From an uncultured Gammaproteobacteria bacterium (GTDB taxonomy: Bacteria > Patescibacteriota > Microgenomatia > Levybacterales > UBA12049), in contig CAZEJU010000001.1 of assembly GCA_964512695.1 (NCBI GenBank), positions 71,803 to 135,802 on the forward strand: a DNA stretch of 64,000 bases, written 5' to 3'. The notes under the pieces are model-generated. The model was not told the DNA's origin and did no database searches. It saw only the letters and a list, made by a program, of their open reading frames with translations. Numbering within the stretch: the first letter of the stretch is position 1; each line of letters opens with the position of its first letter. The position numbers and the translations under genes were made by a program. Shown piece by piece: positions 9,428-19,319 of this stretch.

Positions 9428-9887
9428 AAATATTTGCAAAACAAGTGTCTGTGACCACTTTTTCACAATAATCACTTGTACTTGAGCATCGACTACTACT
9501 CCATGATACAATTACGCTAACCTTAGTCACAGTTTTACCGTTCCTATTACATGCAGAGGAACTACGGGTAAACTCAATTTCTCGGTTGAACATGGAATCT
9601 ACATTAAGCCCACATGAACCCACACGCGGGGTAAGCTGTGATGTACCACCAGCTAGACAGTAAAAGCCATTATATTGGTCAAAAGTAGCCCAATTCGTAT
9701 CACGTATCTGGCGTGTAACTTCTACTGCTTGCTGAGCAAGTGATTGTGCTTGGCTTCTACTTTTTGTTTTTTGAGCATTACTTAATGACGTAACTACTGC
9801 AACTGAAGTTATACTAATCAATACTATTACAATAGACAATGATATCAGGATCTCTACGAGAGATGATCCTTTTTGAAAAAATTTCAT
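9408..9887 (-). CDS. Type IV prepilin-like protein (minor pilin)
   Basis: MKFFQKGSSLVEILISL prepilin motif. Start trimmed so that it abuts the stop of the upstream pilin. Confidence 0.65.
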   Translation of the reverse strand: MKFFQKGSSLVEILISLSIVIVLISITSVAVVTSLSNAQKTKSRSQAQSLAQQAVEVTRQIRDTNWATFDQYNGFYCLAGGTSQLTPRVGSCGLNVDSMFNREIEFTRSSSACNRNGKTVTKVSVIVSWSSSRCSSTSDYCEKVVTDTCFANIYGDGGI

Positions 9888-9888
9888 A

Positions 9889-10368
9889 TTATTGGATTCT
9901 AATATTACCGTTAGCATCTATAACAATTGTTTTTGAGCCGGTTGAACTATTTAATTGTACTGACCCTGGATTTACAGCACCGCTCAGAATAGTAAATGTA
10001 TATGCTGGTTGTGTGGAACTAATCGATGTTATAGATGATGGTAGATTTTTCGTTTCAATCCACGTCCCGCTCGAACCACAGATAATGTATAAATCATATT
10101 TTCTATTAACAGAGTCAATCCTGACTTCATAAGCACTTAAAGGGTTCGTATTACATGAATTTACAGACGATGGTTTAACTTGTGTTTGGGCACGCGATTT
10201 AGCTTTCTGTAAAAGCAACACCACATCATACGCTGTATTTTGCAGCTGTTGGGTGTTATTAAATTGCGTATATCCTATGACACTTATCGTTCCAATTGCT
10301 ATCATTAATAGTGTTACAAGGAGTAACTCGACTATTGTAAACCCTCTGGATATTACACTATTTTTCAT
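9889..10368 (-). CDS. Type IV prepilin-like protein (minor pilin)
   Basis: SRGFTIVELLLVTLL prepilin motif. Confidence 0.7.
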   Translation of the reverse strand: MKNSVISRGFTIVELLLVTLLMIAIGTISVIGYTQFNNTQQLQNTAYDVVLLLQKAKSRAQTQVKPSSVNSCNTNPLSAYEVRIDSVNRKYDLYIICGSSGTWIETKNLPSSITSISSTQPAYTFTILSGAVNPGSVQLNSSTGSKTIVIDANGNIRIQ

Positions 10369-10417
10369 GTCTCTACTTATTATGTGATGTTATGTAGCTT
10401 ATATGCAAGTTTATGCT

Positions 10418-10879
10418 TTAAGGGCTAAGAAGTGTGTAAGACGCATTGGCTGCTGCACAGTTAGTATTTTCTTTCGTTGTATCTCTTTCAGGATCGTTAG
10501 CATTTTCTAAACATGCCCAGAGCGTATATGAACTACCAGTAGTGGAAGTATAAAAATAATTTCTCCCCCAGGCTGGATTTGCAAGCGGATCACAGGGAAC
10601 TTTGTTCATATATATACTCGCGCCACTCTGCAAAGTACTATCACACGTAGGGAAACTACTTGAGCCGGTAATAGGATATGCTCCTTGATCAGTACGATAG
10701 AGTTCTAAAGCAGTTTGTATTTGACGGAGATCACGTTTTCTCCGAGCGTCGTTTGATTTTCCCAAAATTGCTGCGGGATTAATAAGAAGGATGATGCCGC
10801 TTATAATAACTGAAAGCAGTGCTAGTACGACCAATAATTCGACAAGCGTAAACCCTTTTTTATAAAATATTTTTTTCAT
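10418..10879 (-). CDS. Type IV pilin / GspG-like pseudopilin (candidate major pilin)
   Basis: KKGFTLVELLVVLALL followed by RRKRDLRQIQTALELYRTDQGAYP, the GspG/PilA-like consensus. Confidence 0.75.
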   Translation of the reverse strand: MKKIFYKKGFTLVELLVVLALLSVIISGIILLINPAAILGKSNDARRKRDLRQIQTALELYRTDQGAYPITGSSSFPTCDSTLQSGASIYMNKVPCDPLANPAWGRNYFYTSTTGSSYTLWACLENANDPERDTTKENTNCAAANASYTLLSP

Positions 10880-10883
10880 AGTG

Positions 10884-11657
10884 TTACACGGTAATATAAG
10901 GCATGATAAATCCTATTACATATTCACCCATATAAAAAGCTATAAATGTTCCCGTCACGAGAAACGGTCCAAAAGGAATAGTATCGTGACGAAGCTTTTT
11001 ACTTCCTATAAGAATTAAGAAAACTGATACAAGCGCACCGATTACAAACGAAAGATAAAGAGCAATTATTATATATGGAAAACCAAGAAATAAACCCATG
11101 AATAAAACCAGCATTACATCTCCAAATCCCATTCCTCGACCTCTCGTAATAACAAAAAGAAATAAAAAGAATAAAAATGATCCGAGGGATGAAAGAATAT
11201 GTATTTTAAAAAGTTCCGGATCCCAATTAATAAGAAAATAGAGGATTATTACAGTACACCCAGCTACTATAGTAGGAAAGGGAATTAAACCATATTTATA
11301 ATCCGCAAAAAAAATTGTAATGAGAATACTTGTAATTACTACTATATATAATAGGTATAAAAGATTGAAAGGGTAAAGAAACACATAGGCAATAAGAAAT
11401 AATAAACCTGTACATATTTCGACAAAAGGATAGTAAAACGAAATGGTTTTTCTACAATATCTGCATTTGCCCCGTAAGAAAAGGTAGGAAAAAATTGGAA
11501 TGAGATCATACCAGGTTAGTCTATGACGGCAATGTTCACAATGTGATGGGGGATACAATATGGATTGACCTTTCGGTAATCTATCAGTAACAACATTCAG
11601 AAAACTTCCTACAATAGCACCAAAAATTAAAAAAAAGGTAGGCAGGAAAATATCCAT
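10884..11657 (-). CDS. pilD: Prepilin peptidase (A24 family)
   Basis: N-terminal Cys-rich zinc motif CEHC...CRYC. Polytopic membrane domain typical of PilD. Confidence 0.8.
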   Translation of the reverse strand: MDIFLPTFFLIFGAIVGSFLNVVTDRLPKGQSILYPPSHCEHCRHRLTWYDLIPIFSYLFLRGKCRYCRKTISFYYPFVEICTGLLFLIAYVFLYPFNLLYLLYIVVITSILITIFFADYKYGLIPFPTIVAGCTVIILYFLINWDPELFKIHILSSLGSFLFFLFLFVITRGRGMGFGDVMLVLFMGLFLGFPYIIIALYLSFVIGALVSVFLILIGSKKLRHDTIPFGPFLVTGTFIAFYMGEYVIGFIMPYITV

Positions 11658-11697
11658 ATCTTTATGATACTTTATCTCGTAGATATTGCAATAGAGT

Positions 11698-12237
11698 TTA
11701 GTATAGGCCGGTTACGCCTATAGAAGGTGGATTCGCTGAACAAAGTAAACCCGATTTTCCTTCCGCGGATGACCAGACATACCATGTAATAGTCGCACAC
11801 GCAGCACCAGCATTTGCTTTATTTATCTCTGTCTTAGATTCCATTTTCGTGTAAACAACCGCATCTGTGGTATCTGTTCTATAACAAAAATTGTTTTCAA
11901 GATTACCAGGATTTGTTACTATACCAGTACAGTCAGCGGTCGCAAAAGTAATACCACTAGGATTACTAGGAAATAACCTTAACTCTGAATTCGTTAAAGA
12001 TGTTCTCCACGTATTTGCAGCAGGCCATGCGGCGCCATTTTGGGTATAATAGCCTTGTAACGATCTACCTAATTGTGTAATAGATGATTTCCTGCCTGTA
12101 TCATCAGCACGTGCTAACTGTTCTACCGGATCTACAAGTACCAGTAATACTGCAGCTAAAACACTCAGTACACCTAGAACCACTAACAACTCTATAAGCG
12201 TAAAACCCTGTGAAATATATTTTCTAAACTTCTGCAT
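11698..12237 (-). CDS. Type IV prepilin-like protein
   Basis: SQGFTLIELLVVLGVL prepilin motif. Confidence 0.7.
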   Translation of the reverse strand: MQKFRKYISQGFTLIELLVVLGVLSVLAAVLLVLVDPVEQLARADDTGRKSSITQLGRSLQGYYTQNGAAWPAANTWRTSLTNSELRLFPSNPSGITFATADCTGIVTNPGNLENNFCYRTDTTDAVVYTKMESKTEINKANAGAACATITWYVWSSAEGKSGLLCSANPPSIGVTGLY

Positions 12238-12350
12238 AAAATATTAGGCTATATATAGTAGATTATAAATTTAGATAATTGTCAATAGCAGAGTCTTTTT
12301 TGCTTACTTTTTAAGTTCATAAAATCGAAAAAATATTTTTTTAAAAACTG

Positions 12351-13553
12351 CTAGAGAGAAGAAATCAATTTATAAATTGGTGTGATCACTGAAATTATGA
12401 GAAAGCCCACACCAATAGCAAGGGCAACCATAATTAAAGGTTCCATTGCTGTCGTTAATGATTTTACAGTTTGCTCAACTTCTTGTTCGAAATAATCTGC
12501 TACACGTGTCAGTGATTCATCTAATTTTCCTGTTTGCTCGCCAGTACGTATCATTTCGATTAATATAGGGGGAAAAATAGAGTGAGCATTCATAGCATCA
12601 CCTATAGAAATACCTTGTTCTACACTGTCTGCTACTTGTAGGACGGCTTTTTTATAAATGCTATTCCCTAATACATCAGCAGTTTTCTGCAAGGAATCAA
12701 TAATAACAGCACCAGTACCAGCTAATAATCCAAACGTTCGTGAGAATTCTACTAATATAGACTGCCTAATAAGCTTTTCGATAACAGGAATATGCAAAAT
12801 AAATGAATCAATCATACTCTTACCTTTCTCCGTTTTTCTCCATTTATTAAGGTAAACCGCACTCAAGAATAAAGCTAATAAGATAACAAAGAGATAATTA
12901 ATGATAAATTCAGAGATGGAAACAAGAATTTGAGTAGGTAAAGGCAAAGCAATATTTAATGAAGTATACAAGGTACTTAGTTGAGGAATAACAAAAAATA
13001 CCATAATTAAAACAACAATAATCATGAGAATCACAATAATAAGCGGATACAGGAACGCTGATTGAATTTGCGCTTGAAGTTGTCTTCTTTTTTCTAATGT
13101 ATCAGCAAGTCGTAACATTATCTTATCTAATAAGCCTGTGGTTTCTCCCGCCCTAATTATTGAGAGATAAATTGGTGAAAAAACACCAGGGTACTGAGCT
13201 AATGCTTCAGAAAAGGTTTTACCTTCTTCTATCGCATTAATAATACTATCTATCATTACTACCATATGATCCTTCTGAATCTGGTTTTTTAAAATAGTGA
13301 GGCCTTGTAATAACGTTAATCCTGCACTTAACATTGTGGCGATTTGTCTGGTAAAAAATATAGTGTCTTTTGCGTTTGCTTTCTTTCTAAAGGGAATAGA
13401 GAAAACTAAACCATTTGGTTGTTGCTCTTCTATACGTATTGGTAAAAGTGCATGCTCACGAAGGTAAAATGCTGCTTTTGTATGATCAGCAGCTTCCACA
13501 AAACCACGAACACGTTTGCCATTTTTCGCAACAGCTATGTAATAAAGTTTCAT
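12351..13553 (-). CDS. pilC: Type IV pilus assembly platform protein PilC (GspF family)
   Basis: 400 aa with two GspF-type repeats, each with TM segments. Confidence 0.8.
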   Translation of the reverse strand: MKLYYIAVAKNGKRVRGFVEAADHTKAAFYLREHALLPIRIEEQQPNGLVFSIPFRKKANAKDTIFFTRQIATMLSAGLTLLQGLTILKNQIQKDHMVVMIDSIINAIEEGKTFSEALAQYPGVFSPIYLSIIRAGETTGLLDKIMLRLADTLEKRRQLQAQIQSAFLYPLIIVILMIIVVLIMVFFVIPQLSTLYTSLNIALPLPTQILVSISEFIINYLFVILLALFLSAVYLNKWRKTEKGKSMIDSFILHIPVIEKLIRQSILVEFSRTFGLLAGTGAVIIDSLQKTADVLGNSIYKKAVLQVADSVEQGISIGDAMNAHSIFPPILIEMIRTGEQTGKLDESLTRVADYFEQEVEQTVKSLTTAMEPLIMVALAIGVGFLIISVITPIYKLISSL

Positions 13554-13576
13554 AGTGGAATCGAAAATTAAGAAAT

Positions 13577-13626
13577 GAGACGTGAGAATGCAAAGAAGTA
13601 TATGTAATTCTCAATTCTCAATTCTT
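13577..13626. repeat. Intergenic hairpin element, gagaatt heptamer family
   Basis: gagacgtgagaatg opposed by taattctcaattctcaattctt. Lies between pilT stop and pilC start. Confidence 0.5.
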
Positions 13627-13628
13627 TA

Positions 13629-14711
13629 TTAACCCTTGGCCATTCTTAATAATTCTTGTTCATGAAGAGCGTATGCACGTGCTTCGTCGAGAGTCACGAC
13701 TCCACCAAGAACAAGTTGTGCCAGAGAAGCTTCTAGGGTCATCATGCCTATATCCTTTGACGTCTGGATGACAGAATCGATAAGGTGTGTTTTTCCATCC
13801 CTGATATTACTTGCTATAGCAGGATTGCCTATAAGTATCTCAGTCGCCGCAACTCTTCCACCACCAATTCTTGGAACAAGCCTCTGCGATACGATACCAC
13901 GAAGAATTGCAGCAAGCTGAACTTTTATTTGTGCGCGCTGGTGGTCAGGAAACGCATCTATGATACGGTCGACACTTTGGGATGCGGAATTCGTGTGTAA
14001 CGTAGCAAATACCAAATGTCCTGTTTCAGCAAGAGTAATTGCCGCTTGAATAGTCTCGGGATCGCGCATTTCTCCTACGAGAACCACATCAGGATCTTCA
14101 CGTAATGCAGCACGAAGTGCCATAGGCCATGAATGTGTATCTTGGCCAAGCTCTCGTTGGGACACAATACTCATTCCAGCTGGATATATATACTCTATTG
14201 GATCTTCAATCGTTAAAATATGTACGGGCTTTGTCATATTTATTTCATTCAGCATTGCAGCTAGTGTAGTTGATTTACCATGACCGGTCGGACCAGTTAC
14301 TAGAACAAACCCTTGCTTTAAACTAGCAAGTTCATGGCAAACTTTCGGCAAACCTAACTCGTCTATTGAACGGATTTTGGGAGGAAGATAACGGAGTGCA
14401 GCTGCTAAATATCCCCTTTGATAATATGCATTAATACGGAAACGTCCCTCATCTCCATAAACACCACCACCATAACCGTATGAAAAATCTAACTCCTTAT
14501 TTGTAATTAATAGTTCTTTTTGTTCTGCGGTTAAAAGGGAAGCAACCATTTGCTCAATGTCATGGGGTTGTAAAACTGGATAATTTTTTACACCTTTCAA
14601 CACACCATCTATACGCAGGGTAGGTGGTATTCCTGCCAATAAATGCAAATCTGACCCTTTACTTTTAACAGTAAGTTCTAATAATTTTAATATTTCGCTC
14701 GTTACAGGCAT
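13629..14711 (-). CDS. pilT: Twitching-motility (retraction) ATPase PilT
   Basis: Walker A LVTGPTGHGKSTTLAAM. PilT-type motifs AALREDPDVVLVGEMRD and GHLVFATLHTNSA. Start trimmed to MPVTSEIL, because the upstream extension is translation of a repeat. Confidence 0.85.
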   Translation of the reverse strand: MPVTSEILKLLELTVKSKGSDLHLLAGIPPTLRIDGVLKGVKNYPVLQPHDIEQMVASLLTAEQKELLITNKELDFSYGYGGGVYGDEGRFRINAYYQRGYLAAALRYLPPKIRSIDELGLPKVCHELASLKQGFVLVTGPTGHGKSTTLAAMLNEINMTKPVHILTIEDPIEYIYPAGMSIVSQRELGQDTHSWPMALRAALREDPDVVLVGEMRDPETIQAAITLAETGHLVFATLHTNSASQSVDRIIDAFPDHQRAQIKVQLAAILRGIVSQRLVPRIGGGRVAATEILIGNPAIASNIRDGKTHLIDSVIQTSKDIGMMTLEASLAQLVLGGVVTLDEARAYALHEQELLRMAKG

Positions 14712-14715
14712 ATTT

Positions 14716-14798
14716 GAATTGAGAGTTGAGAGTGGAAAGTTGAGAGTTATTAAGAAACTTATTAAATATTTCTCAATTCTCAACTTTCAATTATCAAT
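14716..14798. repeat. Intergenic hairpin element, gagaatt heptamer family
   Basis: tgaattgagagttgagagtggaaagttgagagtt opposed by tctcaattctcaactttcaattatcaattt. Abuts the pilB stop. Explains spurious ORF 14719-14916. Confidence 0.65.
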
Positions 14799-16583
14799 TT
14801 ACTCTTGTGCGACTCTCAGTACTTCTTCTATTGTCGTTAAACCCTGCAGAACTTTCAAGTACCCGTCTTGCTTTAAAGTAATCATTCCTTCTACAGCTGC
14901 TTCTTTTTCTATTTGAGCTGTATCAGCACGCTCTAAAATCAAACGGGCAATTTTATCGGTTACTGACAAAACTTCAAAAATTCCGACTCTTCCTGAATAT
15001 CCGGTTGAACCACATTCTTGACAACCTTCTCCTTTATATAATCTCATATCATCAGATATTTTTGAAGAGAGTGTACCAAGTACTTCTTTTATTTCAGTTA
15101 TAATTTGCTTTGGTGGAACATAATTAGTTTTACAACTATCACATATTCTTCGAACGATCCTTTGGCCTACAATAGCATTGAGAGTCGAAGAAAGAAGAAA
15201 TCCCTCAGCACTTAGATCTAGTAAACGTGGTAAAGCTCCTGCCGCGTTTGAAGTATGAAGTGTTGAAAAGACGAGATGACCTGTTAACGCAGCTTGAATT
15301 GCCAGATCAGTTGTTTCTCGATCACGGATTTCTCCTACTAAGATAATATTTGGATCTTGTCGTAGAAATGAACGCAATCCCGATGCAAATGTTAACCCTA
15401 CAGCAGGATTTATCTGTACTTGGTTAACACCAGCTAGCTGATACTCTACTGGATCTTCGAGTGACATAATATTAACTTTAGGCGTATTCAATTTCGAAAG
15501 AATAGAGTAGAGCGTAGTAGTTTTACCACTACCTGTAGGACCACACACAATAATAATGCCGTGAGGTCGAAGTATAGCCAACTCCAGACTTTTCAAAGAT
15601 ATTCCTGTCAAACCTAATTCAGCTAAAGAAGGTACTCCTCCAGATTTACGTAAAAGTCTCATGACGACTTTTTCACCTGTAACAGTAGGAACTGTCGATA
15701 TACGAAGGTCAACTTCTTCACCACCAACTTTAAAGTTAAATCGTCCATCCTGAGGGGTTCTTCGCTCATCAATCTTCATTTCAGAGAGAATTTTAATACG
15801 GGAAATTAAAGCTTCTTGTACATTGCGGGGAAGACTAAGCTTGTCATATAAGATGCCATCAATTCTATACCGTACTCGGAGACGATCGTCTTGGGGTTCT
15901 ATATGGACATCTGATGCTCTACTCGAAACTGCATATTCTAAAATAGTTGAAAGAATTTTAGCTATAGGTGCTTCTTTAATAATTTGTGTCAGCTGTTTAC
16001 TATCAACGACACGCTTCTTTGTGTACGCTTCGGTTTCCTGAATTGCTTTACCCACTTCGCCCACGAGTTCTTGTCTGTATTGTTGCTGGATTGCTTCTTC
16101 AATTTCCTTGGGATTTGCTGCAAATGATTTAATTATCAGCTGTGTTTTCTGTCCTATAAACGCAATAGCATCTAGATCTACCGGATTTGCCATAGCTATA
16201 GAAAGCGTTTTGGTTTTATCATCATAGGAAAAAGGAATTACTTTAAATCTTTCAACTACGGCTTGAGATAAAAAATTTAATGCTTGAGGTGAAAACGATA
16301 TCGTGGAAAGAGAAATATAAGGAATTCCTAGTAGCTTTGCCCGCGCCTGAGCAATTTGCTCATCATCAACAAGGTGCATTGCGAGAAGAATTGCTTCTCG
16401 AGATTTACCCGTTGAAGCACTTTTTACTTTTATATCCTCATACTGCTCCTTTGTGATAATATGATCAATAAAAAGAACATCTACTATCGATTTCGCTTCT
16501 TCTATTTGAGATAAAGTAAACGAAGGATCAGATGTTTTTGTATCAGATACGTGTGGAACAAGTACATCAGTATCACTGGGCAT
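14799..16583 (-). CDS. pilB: Type IV pilus assembly (extension) ATPase PilB (GspE family)
   Basis: Walker A CGPTGSGKTTTLYS. N-terminal GSPII_E_N-like domain. C-terminal tetracysteine CDSC...CQEC. Confidence 0.85.
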   Translation of the reverse strand: MPSDTDVLVPHVSDTKTSDPSFTLSQIEEAKSIVDVLFIDHIITKEQYEDIKVKSASTGKSREAILLAMHLVDDEQIAQARAKLLGIPYISLSTISFSPQALNFLSQAVVERFKVIPFSYDDKTKTLSIAMANPVDLDAIAFIGQKTQLIIKSFAANPKEIEEAIQQQYRQELVGEVGKAIQETEAYTKKRVVDSKQLTQIIKEAPIAKILSTILEYAVSSRASDVHIEPQDDRLRVRYRIDGILYDKLSLPRNVQEALISRIKILSEMKIDERRTPQDGRFNFKVGGEEVDLRISTVPTVTGEKVVMRLLRKSGGVPSLAELGLTGISLKSLELAILRPHGIIIVCGPTGSGKTTTLYSILSKLNTPKVNIMSLEDPVEYQLAGVNQVQINPAVGLTFASGLRSFLRQDPNIILVGEIRDRETTDLAIQAALTGHLVFSTLHTSNAAGALPRLLDLSAEGFLLSSTLNAIVGQRIVRRICDSCKTNYVPPKQIITEIKEVLGTLSSKISDDMRLYKGEGCQECGSTGYSGRVGIFEVLSVTDKIARLILERADTAQIEKEAAVEGMITLKQDGYLKVLQGLTTIEEVLRVAQE

Positions 16584-16664
16584 TATGTTAATAGTATGAA
16601 AGGTACGTTATAATGTCAAGGAAACCAATGGTAAAGTATCCTGGGTATCAATAAAAGAAGCAAA

Positions 16665-17438
16665 GTGTTTCGTACTCAAAAAACTTTTAACATATATGGA
16701 ACATTTGATACTTTGCCTGCTTTTTATTCTATGAATAGTTTTATTATTTCATCTAACGATAAGACAATCCGGGAAGCATATGTTATGAATTTCTGCCAAG
16801 AAAATCACATATCAGATGTAGATATCTTTGTTCTCAATAAGTTACTGGAAGAAAAGAAGGCGAAAAAAACATCATTTAGTATAGGTATCCAAGATATCAA
16901 ACAGTTTCAACAACGTTTATTTCTAAAACCAGTAAAGAGTAAAGAAAAAGTATGTATTATTCATGATGCTCACTTACTGACAACTGAGGCCCAAAATGCT
17001 TTATTAAAAGTATTAGAAGAACCACCTCTTTCCACGTATATAATGCTTACTACAGAATCTTCTCATAAATTACTTCCTACTATTCTTTCACGTTGTGTCA
17101 TAAAAAACTATGCTACGAAACAAGCAATACCCCAAGAAGAGCAAACAGCATTACAAACAGTCCTTAACAATATCCCTAATGCCTCAATTATAGAAATTTT
17201 AGAACTCGCTAACGAACTAAGCACAGATAAGGAAAAAGTAAGTGCATGGATAGAAAAAGCTATGTGTATAGTACACAAAGACATACTAGACAGTGAAAAC
17301 GTGCAATCAGTCATAACTGCTAAGCAACTCCTCCATGCATATACATCGATAAAAACTACGAATGTGAACGTTAGGATGACGCTAGAATGCTGTTTTCTAT
17401 CAATCTCAGGATATCTAAATGAAGAAAAAGCCAATTAA
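16665..17438 (+). CDS. holB: DNA polymerase III delta-prime subunit-like
   Basis: EAQNALLKVLEEPP and TILSRC motifs. N-terminus is atypical and the start is uncertain. Confidence 0.55.
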   Translation: MFRTQKTFNIYGTFDTLPAFYSMNSFIISSNDKTIREAYVMNFCQENHISDVDIFVLNKLLEEKKAKKTSFSIGIQDIKQFQQRLFLKPVKSKEKVCIIHDAHLLTTEAQNALLKVLEEPPLSTYIMLTTESSHKLLPTILSRCVIKNYATKQAIPQEEQTALQTVLNNIPNASIIEILELANELSTDKEKVSAWIEKAMCIVHKDILDSENVQSVITAKQLLHAYTSIKTTNVNVRMTLECCFLSISGYLNEEKAN

Positions 17439-18788
17439 ACTTGAAGCAACAATAATAAGCATACTTATACCCAACTTCATAGCAAAATCCCGTCTCCCTT
17501 GAAGCAAACTATAGGAAACTTTACCGAACAGATTTACAGCATTAGCGATAATAAATGCCAATACGGCTAACGATATATCCAGCTGTTTACCTGCCAGTTG
17601 GGCGGTATTTATCATAACCGCGTCAAGACCCGCAAGCGCACCAATTGCTGTAGTTATTAAGAAAGCCCCACTACCGTAAAATTCTAATACAACTTTTGAA
17701 ATAATACTAATACCAATGTAAATTCCAGCGAAACGAAGTGCTGGGCCTAACTCGAAAATTTGATGATCTTTTCCTGTAGAGAAAGTCTCTGTTGCTTTAG
17801 TATCAATACTTTTTTCTTTAGCATTCAAAAAATAAAGAACCAAAAGCAGAGCTGCAATAATAATTAATAGAAATGTGGGAATAAGATTAATTACAAACTC
17901 TACATTCACCAGTGAGAGTAAGATAGCAATTTGAAAAAAACTGACAAGGTTAGAAACCAATGCCGCAGCAAGCAAATGGTTAATTCTGCCCGACTCTTTA
18001 CTTTGTTGGGCAAGAGATTGTGTTGTCGCAGTAGAAGAGACGAAGCCTCCCGCAATACTTGCTAATATCCATCCTTTTCGTTTTCCTACTGTCCTTTCGA
18101 GAACATACCCAATCAGATCAATACCAGTAATAAGGGCTACAATAAACCATAATCTAAATGGATTAAACAATTCCATATCCGCAATTTTTTCAACCGGGCC
18201 AAGATTCTCAAATAGCTGTTTTAAAATGCCGACATCTGATAATGAAAAAGCTTTATTCGGAAGAAAAGGAAGTATTACAAAAGCGACAATAGCATACGCT
18301 ATAAAAGCGTTTAGTTCACTTCGTTTAATATCCTGAACTGTATCTTTTATTTTCCGCTTTCGTGAGAGAATAAGAATAAGCACTACCGAAATTGCTAATG
18401 TCAACTGAACCGGAAAGGTGTCAAATCCTAAAAGTATTCCAATGAGAAAGCTATAAATCATTGCAAGTTCTGTTGTAATACCAGTATCTTTAGTAAGATA
18501 AGTATCCACGGCATAAAATACAATAAATAAAAGCATAGTAGCCCCACCAACTAATAAGGCTATATCAGCGTGTGTCCGATGGAGGAGAGCAATTATCGTT
18601 CCTAAAGAAGTTATGATAGAAAAGCTGCGTAATCCGAGTATTGCCTGCGGTTTTTCTCCTGAATGCATTGTTTTCTTTTCATTCAGTTCCCGCTCTAATC
18701 CTATAACTGCACCCAGAACAAATGATAAAATCAGACGAACTGGAATATCAAAAATGTTCATGAGATATATTTTATTAAAAATAGACAA
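17415..18788 (-). CDS. MgtC/SapB-like N-terminal domain plus DUF4010-type polytopic membrane protein
   Basis: LGAVIGLERE motif near the N-terminus. About 12 TM segments. Confidence 0.5.
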   Translation of the reverse strand: MSIFNKIYLMNIFDIPVRLILSFVLGAVIGLERELNEKKTMHSGEKPQAILGLRSFSIITSLGTIIALLHRTHADIALLVGGATMLLFIVFYAVDTYLTKDTGITTELAMIYSFLIGILLGFDTFPVQLTLAISVVLILILSRKRKIKDTVQDIKRSELNAFIAYAIVAFVILPFLPNKAFSLSDVGILKQLFENLGPVEKIADMELFNPFRLWFIVALITGIDLIGYVLERTVGKRKGWILASIAGGFVSSTATTQSLAQQSKESGRINHLLAAALVSNLVSFFQIAILLSLVNVEFVINLIPTFLLIIIAALLLVLYFLNAKEKSIDTKATETFSTGKDHQIFELGPALRFAGIYIGISIISKVVLEFYGSGAFLITTAIGALAGLDAVMINTAQLAGKQLDISLAVLAFIIANAVNLFGKVSYSLLQGRRDFAMKLGISMLIIVASSLIGFFFI

Positions 18789-18844
18789 AAAATGAAAGTA
18801 ATTTTCCGATTAGAACGAAGAGTATTTACATATACCAAATACCT

Positions 18845-19195
18845 TTATGCGCTACCACTCCAATTCGCCATCTGGTCAATAATTGAACGAAGAGATTTCC
18901 CTTTTTCAGTCACAGAGTACTCTACATGAAGAGGTACTTCCGCGAATACATGTCTTTTTATAATTCCTTCTTTTTCCATTTCCTGGAGACGCACTGATAA
19001 CGTTTTTGTACTTATGCCTTTCATAGAGCGTTGTAAAATCCCAAAACGGTTTTTCCCTTCAATAATATTATGAAGTATAAGAAGTGTCCATTTACTGCCA
19101 ATAACTTTTATGGTTTTCTCAACTAAACAAGGAGATCCACAATGTTCATCTTTTTCCCTTCGTGTAACTTCTTTTATGTTTTGTGTGCTTTTCAT
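18845..19195 (-). CDS. HxlR-family winged-helix transcriptional regulator
   Basis: CLVEKTIKVIGSKWTLLIL...VPLHVEYSVTEKG matches the HxlR consensus. Confidence 0.8.
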   Translation of the reverse strand: MKSTQNIKEVTRREKDEHCGSPCLVEKTIKVIGSKWTLLILHNIIEGKNRFGILQRSMKGISTKTLSVRLQEMEKEGIIKRHVFAEVPLHVEYSVTEKGKSLRSIIDQMANWSGSA

Positions 19196-19211
19196 ACTTT
19201 CCTTAATGTAA

Positions 19212-19232
19212 CTACTTTACATTGTAAAGTAG
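19212..19232. promoter_or_regulatory. Perfect 21-bp palindrome ctactttaca-t-tgtaaagtag in the HxlR/FMN-reductase divergent region. Candidate operator.
   Basis: Reverse-complement symmetry checked base by base. Located 17 nt upstream of the HxlR start. Confidence 0.5.
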
Positions 19233-19319
19233 CAAAGATACAATGTCAATATTACATACATAATTATTGAATGAATAGTCATATTTCGTAAGTAAACTAG
19301 TATCTATACTCTACCAGTT

